Shown here: positions 1 to 11,419 of the stretch, one piece after another
Position numbering within the stretch: position 1 is the stretch's first letter
Layout: every line of letters begins with the position of its first letter
The notes under the pieces: model-generated
Told to the model about the DNA's origin: nothing
Database searches by the model: none
What the model saw: only the letters and a program-made list of their open reading frames with translations
NCBI GenBank assembly: GCA_024704765.1
Contig: JAKMXF010000360.1
Location: forward strand, 80,395 to 144,394
Source: Oopsacas minuta
Taxonomy: Eukaryota; Animalia; Porifera
Length of the DNA: 64,000 nt
Reading direction: 5' to 3'
Made by a program: the position numbers and the translations under genes

Positions 1-3000
1 TTGTAATAACGCCTCCTATATTACTAATCATGGATTGTGTCTCAAAGATATTGGTGCATTAGTGGCATTGGAAGATAGTGAAATATTTGTCGTTACACAA
101 ATCTTCTGTTCGTAAATATTTGATGATGTTACCCTCTCATCCAAAGAAATCATAAGACCGTATCAATCCTGAGGAATCATAAATAACTTCAAGCCCAATT
201 TTAGTAGCAACATATTCTCGAAGTTTCTCAAATTCACAATTAGCAGCCAATTGGAATATGTAGTGGAATTCAGCTTCAATATGTGTACTTCCGATTAACT
301 TCAGTGAGTCTATGATGGTTGCTTTATTCGAACTAAGAATAGCCAATATATTGTCGATAGAACAGGTGTTAGATTGCACGATGTTGTTATACTTTCCTCC
401 CCATTTAGGATATGGGATAAGATCTGATGCATTTTGTATAGATTGTTCTGGTATTTTAATGATCTCATGAACTTGCTCAGTTGGGAATATTAACTCAATT
501 ATTACTGGTAATAGAACAGCAATCGGATAGTCAAGATCTCTTCGTGTCTCTTCAGGTATTTCAGTAGGATAGGAGGAACGATATTCTGCGTACCAATTAC
601 CGGCTGATACAGCAAGTTTCTCCTTAATCTCAAAATTTAGTTCGTTGGGTGGATGGTAAGAATATAGTAAATTCAATGAAGTTAGAGATGCAGCTTTTGT
701 AGCGAGTTTCTCATGTAGTTGGGTTAAGTATGTGTTATTGACAAGAGCTGATAGTATTCGAGGTTTCAATTGAAGTAGTTCAGAATCGATATTTTCATAG
801 ATTGAGTGTTGTTGCGGTGTTTCAAATGTTTCTTCCATGGTATCCAGGTTGAATATATCATCCAATGAATCTAAATACAAATAAATATGTGAAATGTAGG
901 ATTGCTATTACGTATTAATCGAATCAATACAGAACACAACTAGTTTATATGTACTTAATCATGGGCTGAGTCAATTAGTTATAGTTCAGTACAATATTGT
1001 CTCGCTAATATATTTACCGCTAGAAGGGAATTTGCAAGATCTTTTGGGCTTCTTTGATTTGCCTGTCTTCGTTCGAACCTGCCGTTTTTCGTTCATGCGA
1101 GAATGATATTTTCTTGATAGATGGATAGGTAATTTTGTTGTTTTGCTATCTGGGTCTTTTGCGAGCAATTAGGTGGCTTGGTTTAACTTCCTCTATCCTA
1201 TATGGTCCAAAATATTTCTTTGCATCTTTTGTTCCTGGGAGTCGCTTGGCTTTCTTTATATTATGTACAAGTACCTCATCTCCTTCCACAAATTCTGATC
1301 TAAAGTTTACACTATGATTATACAAAGAAAATAATGTGCCAATTACGTACAGTTTGTAATGATGCTAATTATATAACTAAAGTAAGTGTTTTGGAATTTA
1401 AGAATTCATATAATTGAGGAAACAATAAATTAGTTCCGATTCAAGATTATTTCATATTTATCTGAATATACAACAGTCAGTGAATTTAATTTAATTTTAG
1501 TAAGAGATGATGTATGAAATTCCAACATGTTACATCACAACAAGAATGTGTTTCGTTATTGCTTACCTGTTGTGTTTAACTTTGCTGTCATATGTTTTCT
1601 TTTGAACTTTCTGACCAGCCTTGATGTTTTCAATAGCAGTCATCCTGTCAGCTTTACGTGTGGAAGAAAGATTTTCTATCCATTCGTTATCAATTATAGG
1701 AAAGTCAAATGGGCGTGGTTCGTTTGCATCCATTTGAATATTCTCATCTTCTGATACTTCTGCCTCTGAGATATCAGCTTCGGTTAGTAATCCGGGGTTA
1801 GTTGGAGAAGTGATAAGATTGAGAAGGTTAGATGAATCAAAGTCTCTCCCAAACATGAGATAAAAGGGTGTGTAGCTTGTAGAGATTTTGGTTTGAGTAT
1901 TTGCTGCTAGTACTGCTGTCTGTAATTTCTCTGTCCATTCAGTGTCCCCATCAGATTGCATCTTGTTGATTTTTCTATTTGTAAAAAGTGTTAAATTGAT
2001 TCAAAGCTATCTACTTATAAACGACGTGTATTAAACGTATGTAAGGCTTAGAATAGGTATATATTTATAATTAGCATCAGTACTCACGTTTTCAATATTT
2101 TGTTGTGTGACTCAACAAGTCCGTTACTTTGTGGGTGGTATGCTGTGGTTCTTCTGGTGTTGATATTTATCTTCTTGTGAAATTCCTGAAATTCCTATTT
2201 TGAAAGTAAATAAGAGAACAATGACAATCTACTACGCGCATGTATTTAGTCTTGTACAACAATAGTAAGAAAGATAAAACGATTAATAAGGTATATTTTC
2301 CTCCCGAAGTTAGTAGCATTAATTCGTAAATTCTTATTTATTAGTATTTAACATAAATTAAAATCCAATTTTCCACACGGTTTCTTAAATATGGCCATCA
2401 GGACGCATAATTTCCTACCAGGGTATATATTGAAGCAATGCGTTGACAATTGACAATGCAACTTGTTACGTACGTATATCCAATATAGTAAGTTGCATTG
2501 TGTATCGGGAATAATTTACTTGGTGTATTTACAATTACTAATCTCGAGTATGTAAAAATATGAGTTACCTTGCTTGAGAATTCTGTTCCCTGATCATGTT
2601 GGAGGATGTTAGGCACACCGAATGAGAGATAAATTTCCTGTAAACAATTCAATATTTCTTTAGATGTTTTAGTCTTGAGTGGTCGGGCAATTACAAATTT
2701 ACTCAGGTAGCACACGATGACAAGAATGTGCTGAAATCCAAGTACAGTGCGAGACATATTACATATGAGATCAATTCCACAATGACACCATGGTTCTTCA
2801 GGAGGAGGAATAGGTTGAAGCTCTCGTTGTGGCTGAGGAGGTAGAGCAGCAGAGGTTTGACAGTCATGGCAAGTTCGGATCTAGAACGGGAAATGATTTA
2901 ATTGTCAGTTTGCAGTCCAGTCTAATGTAATTTGCTACGTCCCAGATGTCCCACTAAATTAGCATTCCGTCCCGCTTTTTCTTCACTCAGGTTGGCAAAT

Positions 3001-3200
3001 ATGTTTATGTGAAATACTCCCACTACCTATCCCAATTACTAACTACCGCAAGGATCATTAGTTGTACCGCACAAATAGATTTCCATATGATAAAATTGTA
3101 TACCGGTATACTAAATATCATCAGATCGCACAAATAAAGGTGTATACAGTAGAATAATTACAAGGTGAATAACCTCAAACTATAAAATACATCCTGTTCT

Positions 3201-3303
3201 CAGACTTACCAACCCCTTTTGCAAATTTCCCTGGATTATCGTTGCTAAATCCCTGGATTTCAAAATTTGTAATCCAGGTATCCCTGGAGGGTTGGTAAGT
3301 CTG
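3201..3303. mobile_element. 103-bp MITE in Ginger intron 2
   Basis: Perfect 15-bp TIRs CAGACTTACCAACCC / GGGTTGGTAAGTCTG. The flanking direct repeat TGTTCT sits at 3195-3200 and 3304-3309. Confidence 0.8.
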
Positions 3304-4059
3304 TGTTCTCAGCCACATTTTCTTGGAAAATCATATATGAAAGAAATACGTAATTTAGTAACTCACGTAGGATCCAACATCATTGTATATACCATTCCAA
3401 TCATATTTGTTTCGGATTCCATCAATGGTAGTGTTGATTCCAGGATGAGTGACATTGTGATAGAATCCGATAATGTTGTCAATTTCTGAGACTAGTGGAA
3501 TCTCCAAGTATTTCACACAGCCATTCTTCTTTGTGAAAATCTACAAGAAAATTATTCTAGTTAAACGCAGAGGTTATAGGTAGCATTGAGGGGCAGAGGA
3601 GCCCCCTAGCGTTTTCGCCCTTCTCATCTCCCTATTGTACGCAAATTTAATGAGAGCAACTACATATCTGCCTCCTCGCAGATATGTAGTTACCTCAAGA
3701 TTTCTAATTATGTCTTGGAAATATGTATAAATCAAAAATATCATTCAGGAATATACCTTCATTAGCTTATTCTCTTGAAAGTAAATCCCCTTGCACTTTC
3801 TGACAAAATTCTTCTTTCTGTAGCGATCACTCTTGATTTCTGGTGGGATAATATTCGTCTGGAGGTATCCACGAATTGCTTCATGCTCTGTCGCATCCAT
3901 AATGAAAAATGCCAAAAGTAAATATAAGTGTTTGATGTTGAAATCTAGAAACAAAGTAAAATGTTAGTGTGTGCATTTAGGAAGTCACACATGTATAAAT
4001 ACGAATACTATATGACTAGGGATGAAATGTTGATATTACTTGATTTGCAATTGCTACTT

Positions 4060-4110
4060 GCGGGTCAAAATCCTACGCGGGTCAAAATCCTACGCGGGTC
4101 AAAATCCTAC
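4060..4110. repeat. Three tandem 17-bp subterminal repeats GCGGGTCAAAATCCTAC of the Ginger terminus
   Basis: Exact copies at 4060, 4077 and 4094, followed by GCAACA (TGTTGC on the minus strand). Confidence 0.9.
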
Positions 4111-4120
4111 GCAACAGCTC

Positions 4121-4420
4121 TATACCTGCTTTACCTAACATTCCACAAATATATTTCAGAAATCCAATTTATGAGTCAGAGAAGGCATCGGATTCTTGTA
4201 TAAAATTTACGAAGATATATCCAAAACCCAATCGGTTTCTCCATGGATGCTGATTATGGCATGTAAACTCAAATTTTGCTATGGTTTTGGAATATTGAGG
4301 GAACGCAAATCCACAATAGTTGTTTACAACAGGTTGGTCAGCCTTTTCAAGACATTGCCAAAGATTATTATATATGACAACGCGTGTAATTTGCAAGCTA
4401 TATGCTTAATGGGATAAGTT
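4121..4420 (+). pseudogene. KDZ-like (HMGXB3-type) transposase remnant
   Basis: The motifs ACKLKFCYGFGIL and PKIIIYDNACNL resemble the CxxxxCYGF and YDNAC signatures of KDZ-related transposases. The frame is shifted and truncated. Confidence 0.55.
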
Positions 4421-4457
4421 GTATTATACCTATGTATGTATCTTTAATTACCTATAC

Positions 4458-5800
4458 CAGCGGTTCTCAAACTATTTTTTGTCGTGACCCTCTTTTCTAA
4501 CATTTTTGGTACTGAGTTATTTTGTGACCCTATAAGCTAAAAATTGTTTTTACATATGAAAATATTATTTATTTCGAAAACCATCTAAACACAATTCACA
4601 CAATGTTTATACTTTGTCACTCAAAAAGAACTATATCTATAACCTATATTCACTAAATCATTAATCAGTTTCAATGTGTGGGGTGTGTTTGTTTGTTAAT
4701 TCTGAGATCTATGAAGTGTGGCTTTACGTTCTGGACGAGAGTGAGTCCTAAATGGTGCCCCACGTGCAGGCGATCTCTGGAATTTGTTTTCAGAGTAGTA
4801 TGTGTACTGAAACCAATATCGCAACCCCATGTTGTAGAATAAGGTATCAACACTTTGAGGGCATGCTTGGCCAGAATGGGATAGGTCGAATGAAGGCATG
4901 CCCGGAAATTACATGTTGACTGTTCTTGAAAATGGATTCGATTAGTTGGTTCATTAGTTGTATCTATTATCTGTTCTGCCACTCCTAACGGTAGGAAGAA
5001 AGGCAACTTTGCTCAACTAAGAACGGTTTAATTAGCCAATCATATTCATCAGTAGAAATCAGTGAATTTCCTAAGTACTGATCAAATTTGGTGCTTAGTT
5101 GTACTAAATGAGCATAGATAACTTCTCCCTTTTGTATTGATAGTATATTATGTTCAACAATAAATGTAGCTAATACAGGGAACATTTCAAAGTTGTTTTT
5201 CTCCACATAGGTTTTACATAGCTTAAGCTTTTGATAGAAACTTCTAGCCTTTGCAGCTTAGCTAATGGTAGTGAATTGTACGCCCTGCATAGATCGGTTG
5301 AAAGTATTCAAGTGCTCAAAAATATCAGCAAGATAAGCTAAGTTGGGCAACCAGGTGTCATCGGATAATTTACTGCCAAGATATGTTTCTCTAAATGCAA
5401 AAACTCAGCAAATTCTTCTCTCTGTTCCGTTACTCTGTTCATCACACGACCACGAGATAACCATCGAACTTCAGTATGTAGAAGCAAGGCTTTATGTTCT
5501 GCCCCTATTTCGTCACAAAAGGCAGTAAACAGTCTCTGTGTAAGTGGTCGATCTATGACAAAGTTAACTATAGATAAACATTCTTCATTGGTTCATTCAG
5601 AATTGGAGAGAAGTTCTTAACCAATAATGGTTCACGATGGATGGAGCAGTGTGTCCACTTAGCATATTTAGCAAAATCTTGGATTCGCTGCACAACACCA
5701 TTTCTGATACATGTGCAGGCAGCAGCATACCATTCTTTAAAAACGTTTCATATAAGCAGTTAAAGCATATACATTTATAATCGATCATCTATATTACATT
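4458..5800 (-). mobile_element. Degenerate hAT (Charlie/ZBED5/FAM200-type) transposon
   Basis: LLLHTEVRWLSRG is read at ~5440-5500. The dimerisation domain YPILAKHALKVLIPYSTTWGCDIGFS...KQTHPTH is at 4671-4900. A TIR-like CAGCGGTTCTCAA starts at 4458. Many stops and frameshifts. Confidence 0.85.
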
Positions 5801-5957
5801 ATTGTAGGAAATTAAGTTATTAGAGGACCCCGTCTGAAGAAGGGCACTCACTATTTCCTACATTTTATCTATGTAAATCTTGGGTCCATATAGATAATAG
5901 ACACATGGAATCTCAAGGACAAAACCTGCCCCTCGGTTTATTGGTTTAGCTCTAACA

Positions 5958-6224
5958 TCAGCAAAGGCTTTGTTTACGTCTCTCCTTCAAAAATTGAGAA
6001 ATTCTTGGTGCAAGATTATAAGGAACATACCCTACAACCAGGCCGTATTTCATAACTGAAACTGCATACTTATCTTTAATATTTTCTGACTCCCTGATTA
6101 AGTTTAAACGTTCTCCTTCCTCTGGAGTCCAAATATTCATATAAGCATGGTAACCTCTCACAAATGATTTGATTTCTAACTTTTCCAACTTAAAAGTACA
6201 TGAATTTGTTGCCATAGCTAGCAT
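5958..6224 (-). pseudogene. HIRAN-like domain fragment, probably transposon-borne
   Basis: SFVRGYHAYMNIWTP...DKYAVSV...VVGYVP matches the HIRAN consensus and lies among TE debris. Confidence 0.6.
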
Positions 6225-6866
6225 TACTGTATTATTGATATGAATTGTGCCTACTAGAATACCTGTATTATACTTGGTAACATTAAAATTCCATCTATAT
6301 GTTAAATGACCATGAAATTTCTAACAATCATGTCATTCTTCTAACGTTTTTGATTACTATACCGTGTTGACTTGAATAATTATACAATATTGATTTTGTC
6401 CTAGCATTATTTACTTTTGAATGGCATCAACCTCAAACAAAAAGAAAAGATATTTAACGCTACAAATGAGAGGGGATCTAATCAAGACACGTGAAAAAAA
6501 TCTTGGAATTAAAATGGCAGCCTTAGAAGAGATTTTTGGATGTGGACACAAATATCTAAAATACTGAGGAATAAGGATTCTGGTGCAATTGCAGAATCTT
6601 ACACCCCCCAACTTTTTTAATGTGGTCAAAAATCCCTATATGCACCGTTCAAGAACTCGTTGAGAGAAGTTGATAGAGCTAAAGAAATCCAAAATCGGAC
6701 CAAAATTAACAAAGTTACGAAAATTTACTCCATAAGCCAAATCCTATGGGGAAAATTGTATTACTCACTATAGTCAAATTGTATTGATTTATACATTACA
6801 ATTATCATAGGAATGCGCATACTGTTGATACTGCGGTTATACACGCTTGTTACTCTACTCTTTCAN

Positions 6867-7766
6867 TACAAAATTTCAAAGTTCACTATCGCCGTTTTTT
6901 CCTAAGATATGTTCTTGCCAAGATTGATGAATGCGACACAGCATCTGATGTTTCTAAATCAGTGAATGTACTTAGAGCAATCCAATGGGTAGCCAATGCT
7001 TGGGACATGGTTAAACCTGAAACTATCTCTAAATGTTTCATGAATGCTGGCATTTTGAGTGGTTCCATGGACGTTATTAATCGTGGACTCAACGAAAATG
7101 ATGACAGCAATGACCCATTTTAGAATCAGATCAGTATCTAATAGGACTACAGACTCTTATTGACAAGACCGTTCATGAAGGTTGTAACATAGATGAATAT
7201 ATACAATGCGAAGGGGATCTACCAGTGTGTCAAAATCTAGATTGTGATTGGGAAGACAATTTTTTGAAAGATATCGGTCAACCTGCGGAAGAAGGTGAGA
7301 TCACAGATCCTGAAAGTGACCATGATGTAGAAATTGTAGAGGATACTTCACTTGTGTTGAACACATATAAAAAGGTGATAGTGGCCCTGGAAAACGTTCA
7401 AAAGTTCTTGGAAGTGCATGGCCACGGAGCGGAGGCATCGGGGATTGCTGCCACGATAGAATCATGCGTGGAGTACAAGATCAAGGGATTGGGATTGAGC
7501 CAATCAACCCTCAGTGATTTTGTTTTTTTAGTATTTATTAGGTCGCCAGTAGTAATCGGTTATAGGAACATCACAAGTAGAGAAAAACCTATTTATAACC
7601 AATTTAGATTCCACTAGCCGATGTTCTATAACCGATAACTACTCTATTAGTATCGATATATGCTATTTTAGTTTTTGAATAATATATTATGGGTGTATAT
7701 GTGCAACCTCCGAATAGCGGCACAGAATCATTCTCCCGATGGTTGCCGCTTTGAGAGGTTTACCTG
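6867..7766 (+). mobile_element. 3' part of a pogo/Tigger (TIGD-like) transposon
   Basis: The plus frame reads HYRRFFLRYVL...AIQWVANAWDMVKPETISKCFMNAG (DDE_1 C-terminus), then an acidic tail ending QSTLSDF. The right TIR ...GCCGCTTTGAGAGGTTTACCTG is followed by TA at 7767-7768. The 5' side abuts the single N at 6866. Confidence 0.8.
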
Positions 7767-8004
7767 TACTATGACATTAATTTCAGCACATGCATTGAGT
7801 ATTTTTAAATACATGGTTCTTTGAAGTGTAGACTCTATAGTTACAGATTTAGTGTATAGCCTCGTAACCTGGGTCCGCCAGTATAAACTGGGATGTTACT
7901 TTATTATTCTGATCATGAATGACTAGACTAGCTTTTTCTGTCTTTACTAACTACTCTGTAAATTCAAATTCTAGTATTTATCCTATTCTGTCAGATCTAA
8001 GCTG

Positions 8005-10811
8005 ATGTACAGCAAGATGTCTGCTAGTAGAGTCTGGTACTTTATTCTTCTATTTCTGTCTTCTATTATAATCACTGCCAGTGAGTATTAATTATATTAA
8101 TTATTATTATTAACACCTCAAGATTTACACAAGATAGTTATTATTTATATTTCTAGGTATAGTGACTCAAGACCCTGCACTAGCTTGTGTAGGAGACAGA
8201 GTAACAGTCAGCTGTAACCTGAGTGTTCCTAATCCTGGTGATATCTTTCTGTCTTCTATTACCGATTATATTGTTGGGAATTCTGATCCCATTTCTAGTA
8301 CAGTCATCAATTCTAACGGTACGGCAGGAGGTGTTAATCTGTCCAAACTAACAGCTGAATCACCATTTAGTAATGGAATTTATCGGTCAGGAACAATAAC
8401 TCTTCTATCTTATACTCTTGCTTACAATGGTCTAACTCTTGGTTGTGGTACCGATTATTTTATTAATGGAGAATCTAATAACAGAGCTACTCTAACAGAA
8501 ACTATTAATATCCAACAAGCTGGTTAGTTGAGGATGTTATTAACTCTCATTATTATCTTATTTAATTAACAAATATGCTTCCTTCTAGCCCCTCCTTCCC
8601 CTCCTGTCCCTTTAACAGCTGATTTTAACTCTACCACTTGTTCTGGTACTGTAGAGCTATCATGGACACCTGGAGCTAGTGACAGACCTATACAGATGTA
8701 TTACCTGTATTTGAATGGAGTACTGATAGATAGTATCAGTTCTGTTATGGACTTATATTCTCATGGTATTACTATACAGAGAGATACAGATTATAATTAT
8801 TCTGTTGTTGCTATGAGTTGTGCTGGTAACTCTACTGAAGCAACAGCTGATGTTATAACCCTTGATGGTTTGTTATTTGTTTTCATATGTGCTGATGTTT
8901 GAGTTCTGGGAGGACTGGAGTATATCATTGGTGGGTAACTATAGAGGCTCCACTAGGGATCCTTGTCAGTTTCGACCACACCCTAGTACAAAAAGTATAG
9001 TGCGGGTAGACATGACGTAATCTTTGCTCACCCAGATTCAAGAGCCTAGTTGCGTCAATGTAATGACTCCTTGTCTCACTCAAATAGAGGCTGGGTCCTG
9101 TAAAGATCGGCTCCTATTTTTCTTGTGTCAAATGATGTATCTTATATTAGAACTCTTTTAATATAGCTCCTCCTCCTTCCCCTCCTGTCAATCTATCAGC
9201 TAATCTCTCTGTATTTGACTCTATAACTTGTTCTGGTACTGTAGAGCTATCATGGATACCTGGAGCTAGTAACAAACCCATACAGATGTATTTCCTGTTT
9301 CTGAATGGAATACAGATAGATAGTATCAGTCCTGATATTAACTCATATTCTCATGTTATTACCCTACAGGGAAATACAGAATATATTTATTCTATAGTTG
9401 CTATGAGTTGTGCTGGTAACTCTATTAACACAACAGCTGATACTATAACTCTTGATGGAGGTTTGTTATTTGTAAGGTTGCAAACAAATATTATTTGGCG
9501 AATAATTTAATATCCAATGCCAATCTATTATATCAGTATTCTGTTAGAATGCTATTAATGAATACTGATATAATATCCGGTTTGAGCGGTTTCAACCTTG
9601 GTTATTTGTTGCCTTTATTTGTTATTACCTTATACGTAAACTCGTTATTCTAGCCCCCCTTCCTCTCCTCCTGTAACACTCTCTGAGTCTAATAATAACT
9701 GTACTAACATTGTAATCAGCTGGACTACTCCTGTTAGTGATAGAGATATTATAGAATACTCTGTGTATCGTAATAATACATTCTTAATTACTACAACAGA
9801 TAATAATTACACAGATACTAATCAGCTGACTATCAATACAGTATATGAGTACTCTGTTACCGCTATCAGCTGTGCTGGTGACTCTACTCCTGGTGTTACT
9901 CTTGTTAGTATAGGAGGATATGAGTTATCTAATGATTCCTTAGCTCTCAGTTTTAACAATAATAGCTTAGAAGCTTATTTAACTTGGGTAAGTTTGATTT
10001 GTGTTTAAGTATTTCTGTAATTACAGCACAGTGATTGTGGATTCTCTTAGTAGCTGAGTCCCTAATTACATATTTACTCTATTATACAATCTTTAGACCC
10101 TTAAGATGGATTCAGTAGATCCTATCCTCATCACCTACTCACTCAATCTTTATTATTTCTATACTACCACTCAAAAGGGAATCACGAGTAATTATTCGGA
10201 TACATATCCATTCACACAGCTATCTACTGACACTAACTTTACTCAAGCTATAACTACTCCTGACTTGCCTGGTAATATATATTTAAATATTACAGCTTAT
10301 ATACAAATAACAGAGCAATGTGGACAGCAATACTCTGGGATAAGAATACAGGGAGATTATCATACAGGTAGTATACTTATTCCTTATTATGTTTAATTCT
10401 GTTTCAATAATTTATCACTTCTTTTCTCCTTTTTCTACTCAGTATTCACTGTTACAGGTAATACAATGGTTATTGTTTGTTTTAACACCTTTTAGATATT
10501 ATCTTCTGTATCTTCTAGACTCTCTTGTATCTCTTCTACCAGCTGTAATAATCTTAATAGTAATAATAATAATAATATTAATAATATCAATATCAGTTAT
10601 AGCTGCTATGAGTATAGTTATAGTGATAATGTACAGGAAGATACAGAGTATTAAGTCTACTGATAAACCTACAGAACCAGCACATAACTATCAGTATATT
10701 GATATGGATAAATTAACACCTGGATCTACTCCTAAACAAGAGGACCCTTACTACACCCCTATGTCTCCTACAGGCACAGAATCTAGACCTGACTATGGTA
10801 ACTTGAAGTGA
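8005..10811 (+). CDS. Type I membrane receptor A: signal peptide, Ig-like domain, 3 FN3 plus 1 divergent FN3-like domain, TM helix, tyrosine-motif tail
   Basis: Exons run 8005-8080 (MYSKMSASRVWYFILLFL...), 8157-8522, 8589-8867, 9167-9460, ~9653-9988, ~10097-10367 and a TM/tail exon to 10811. FN3 motifs include LSWTPG and YSVVAMSCAG. The tail carries YQYI, YYTPM and YGNL. Confidence 0.8.
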
Positions 10812-11263
10812 CAATATATTCTTGTAAATATGTTTATATTTCTTTATATTTTTGTGTTTTTGAAGCTTATTTGTATATTTGAAAGTTGAACTTTTATTTA
10901 CTTCTAATTTGATTAATATTGTTTATTTTCATACACAATATAGTTATAGTAATACACAGCTGTAGGAGACAGTACAGTTGGTCAGGTTTCAACCGAATTA
11001 ATACTTGGACTCCTAATAGAAATAGAATTAGTAACCGCACTAGTTGTAATCTTGCTACTGTCTTATACTACTAACAAACAAACAAACACTGTATCTAATT
11101 CTTCTGGTTATTATTACGTCATACTATTACACACAGGTTGCCAGACTTTTAATCGTTTGTACAATATACTTAATCTGTACTCACATATCTTATGATATTT
11201 GTTACAATGCTAGTCACTAAAAGAATGATATTCAGGGCTTTTCGGATTAGCTAGGGTATACAA

Positions 11264-11400
11264 CAAGCGGTTCCCAACCTTATAACCCAGTGATACCCAA
11301 TTTTAACACCCTCTCCTGTCGCCCCATGGTGTCGTCCGTGGACTCCCAAGGACCCCTAACTTTGTCATAATTGAAATGACAGAACAATTTCGTAATTTCT
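11264..11400. mobile_element. hAT-type MITE fragment
   Basis: Begins CAAGCGGTTCCCAACC, similar to the hAT terminus at 4458. No matching second TIR was found. Confidence 0.4.
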
Positions 11401-11419
11401 TAAATAAAACAAAAGTTGT

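Larger units (their letters stand above)
1..4116 (-). mobile_element. Ginger1-like DNA transposon (Gypsy-integrase-related, intron-containing); 3' end lies beyond the window start
   Basis: Manual splicing gives exons 3900-3757, 3540-3367, 2880-2569, 2185-2088, 1974-1567, 1311-~1017 and ~873-1. These yield an H2C2 zinc finger (YHNVTHPG...IRTCHDCQ), the integrase D-D-E (GIDL / HDQG / YHPQSNGLVE) and a GPY/F module (EGDEVLV...YFGPYRI). No gag or RT is present. The minus-strand terminus is 5'-TGTTGCG at 4116. There is one +1 frameshift near 1158 and two late in-frame stops. Confidence 0.85.

Noticed and set aside
2398-2568. C-terminal half of ORF 2398..2757
   Set aside because: It is read-through into an intron; the integrase splices at 2569.
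2900-3010. GHLGR motif on the minus strand resembling an integrase zinc-finger His motif
   Set aside because: It lies inside an intron and hits a stop. The real H2C2 histidines are in exon 3540-3367.
6866-6866. Single N at the 5' edge of the pogo fragment
   Set aside because: Probably an assembly ambiguity or join. The juxtaposition of sequences on either side should not be read as biology.
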